Positions 14,198 to 15,314 of a stretch of DNA of 15,314 nucleotides are shown here, one piece after another. The DNA lies in NCBI GenBank assembly GCA_038153405.1, contig JAYOYH010000082.1:1-15314 (forward strand). Direction: 5' to 3'. The DNA is from Gemmatimonadota bacterium (GTDB lineage: Bacteria > Latescibacterota > UBA2968 > UBA8231). Both the position numbers and the translations under genes were made by a program. A model generated the notes under the pieces. That model was not told the DNA's origin. It ran no database searches and saw only the letters and a list, made by a program, of their open reading frames with translations. Positions within the stretch are counted from its first letter, which is position 1; every line of letters starts with the position of its first letter.

Positions 14198-15314
14198 AGA
14201 CGGACGTGCTGATCATAGGCGGCGGCACCGGTGGCGTAGCCGCTGCGCTGAGCGCTGCGGCGCGGGGCAAGCGCGTTATTATGACGGAAGAAACGGATTG
14301 GGTTGGCGGACAGCTGACGTCACAGGGCGTGCCGCCCGACGAACATCCGTGGATTGAATCGTTTGGCTGCACGGCGCGCTATCGCCTGTTTCGCCAGCGG
14401 GTGCGCCAGTACTATCAGGATTTTTACCCGCTTAACCACAGCGCGCGCGCCAACCCTAGGCTGAACCCTGGCGACGGCAGCGTGTCGCGACTGTGCGCTG
14501 AGCCACGCGTCTATTTGGCCGCGCTCGAAAGCATGATGGCCTACGACGTGGCCTGTGGGCGTCTACAGGTGCGTTTGCACACAAGAGCAACCGGCGTTGA
14601 CATCGACGGCGATCGCGTGCGTGCCGTGCACATTCTCGATGGGCATACGGGGCGTGAAGAGACGATTGAAGCGGCCTACGTGCTCGATGCGACGGAGCTG
14701 GGTGACCTCGTCAAACTGGCTGGGGTAGAATACGTTTCTGGGGCGGAATCGCAGGCGCAGACCGGCGAACTGCACGCCAGCGCTGAGGCCGATGCTGAAA
14801 ACGTGCAGGCGCTGACCTGGTGCTTTGCGATGGGCTACGATCCAGACGGGCATCACGTAATTGATCAACCGGTAGCCTATAGGCGCTGGCGCGACTACGA
14901 TCCGGGGCTGACGCCTTCTTGGCCGGGCAAGATGCTCGATTGGACCTACACCCATCCGATTTCGCTGGATCCCATTACGGCGACGTTTGACCCGGCACGT
15001 GGAGAGGGGTCGCTGTGGCGTTATCGTCGACTCATTGGCAGTGCGCACTACGCGCCTGGCTGTGCGCCACACGAGGTTGCGCTGGTCAACTGGCCGCAGA
15101 ACGACTATCTCGAAGGCAATATTATCGACAAAGAAGAGCGAGAGGTTGCCCATCACCTGCAGCAGGCGCGCGAGCTTTCGATGTGCCTGTTTTACTGGAT
15201 GCAGACGGAAGCGCCGCGTCCCGACGGCGGGACGGGTTTTCCCGGGCTGTATCTGCGGCCCGACGTCATGGGCACCGACGATGGGTTGGCCAAAGCGCCC
15301 TACATCCGCGAAGC
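14194..15314 (+). CDS. FAD-dependent oxidoreductase, 3'-truncated by window edge (absent from the ORF track)
   Basis: ATG 14194 overlaps the previous stop (ATGA), with a GGGGAG SD. Translation begins MKTDVLIIGGGTGGVAAALSAA...EETDWVGGQLTSQGVPPDE, includes LDATELGDL, and ends in frame at ...AKAPYIRE. Confidence 0.9.
   Translation, partial: MKTDVLIIGGGTGGVAAALSAAARGKRVIMTEETDWVGGQLTSQGVPPDEHPWIESFGCTARYRLFRQRVRQYYQDFYPLNHSARANPRLNPGDGSVSRLCAEPRVYLAALESMMAYDVACGRLQVRLHTRATGVDIDGDRVRAVHILDGHTGREETIEAAYVLDATELGDLVKLAGVEYVSGAESQAQTGELHASAEADAENVQALTWCFAMGYDPDGHHVIDQPVAYRRWRDYDPGLTPSWPGKMLDWTYTHPISLDPITATFDPARGEGSLWRYRRLIGSAHYAPGCAPHEVALVNWPQNDYLEGNIIDKEEREVAHHLQQARELSMCLFYWMQTEAPRPDGGTGFPGLYLRPDVMGTDDGLAKAPYIRE

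Noticed and set aside
14563..15156. 197-aa - strand ORF and the many other antisense or alternate-frame ORFs
   Set aside because: They are shadows of well-supported genes in GC-rich DNA. This one lies opposite the FAD oxidoreductase.

Overview
GC-rich bacterial window dominated by sugar and amino-sugar metabolism. In order: (1) a + strand operon of a 5'-truncated UxuA/mannonate-dehydratase-like gene, a Gfo/Idh/MocA-like protein, a sugar-phosphate isomerase/epimerase TIM barrel and a second UxuA-like gene that is frameshifted at 3538-3542; (2) a - strand Na+/phosphate cotransporter plus stand-alone PhoU-domain gene; (3) a + strand run of nagB, ackA, a large NagB/PIG-L deacetylase fusion and ferritin; (4) a ~365-nt gap between convergent genes (10533-10896); (5) a - strand mandelate-racemase-family enolase divergent from an NAD epimerase, DegT aminotransferase and 3'-truncated FAD oxidoreductase operon. 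The gap in (4) is the most striking element. It looks like an independent ~305-nt structured + strand RNA with its own promoter, multi-stem folds, repeated CCAACG motifs, a helix-sequestered 9-codon ORF and an intrinsic terminator, and I cannot assign it to a known RNA family. No tRNA, rRNA, CRISPR array or mobile element was seen. All structures were folded by eye; no searches were run.
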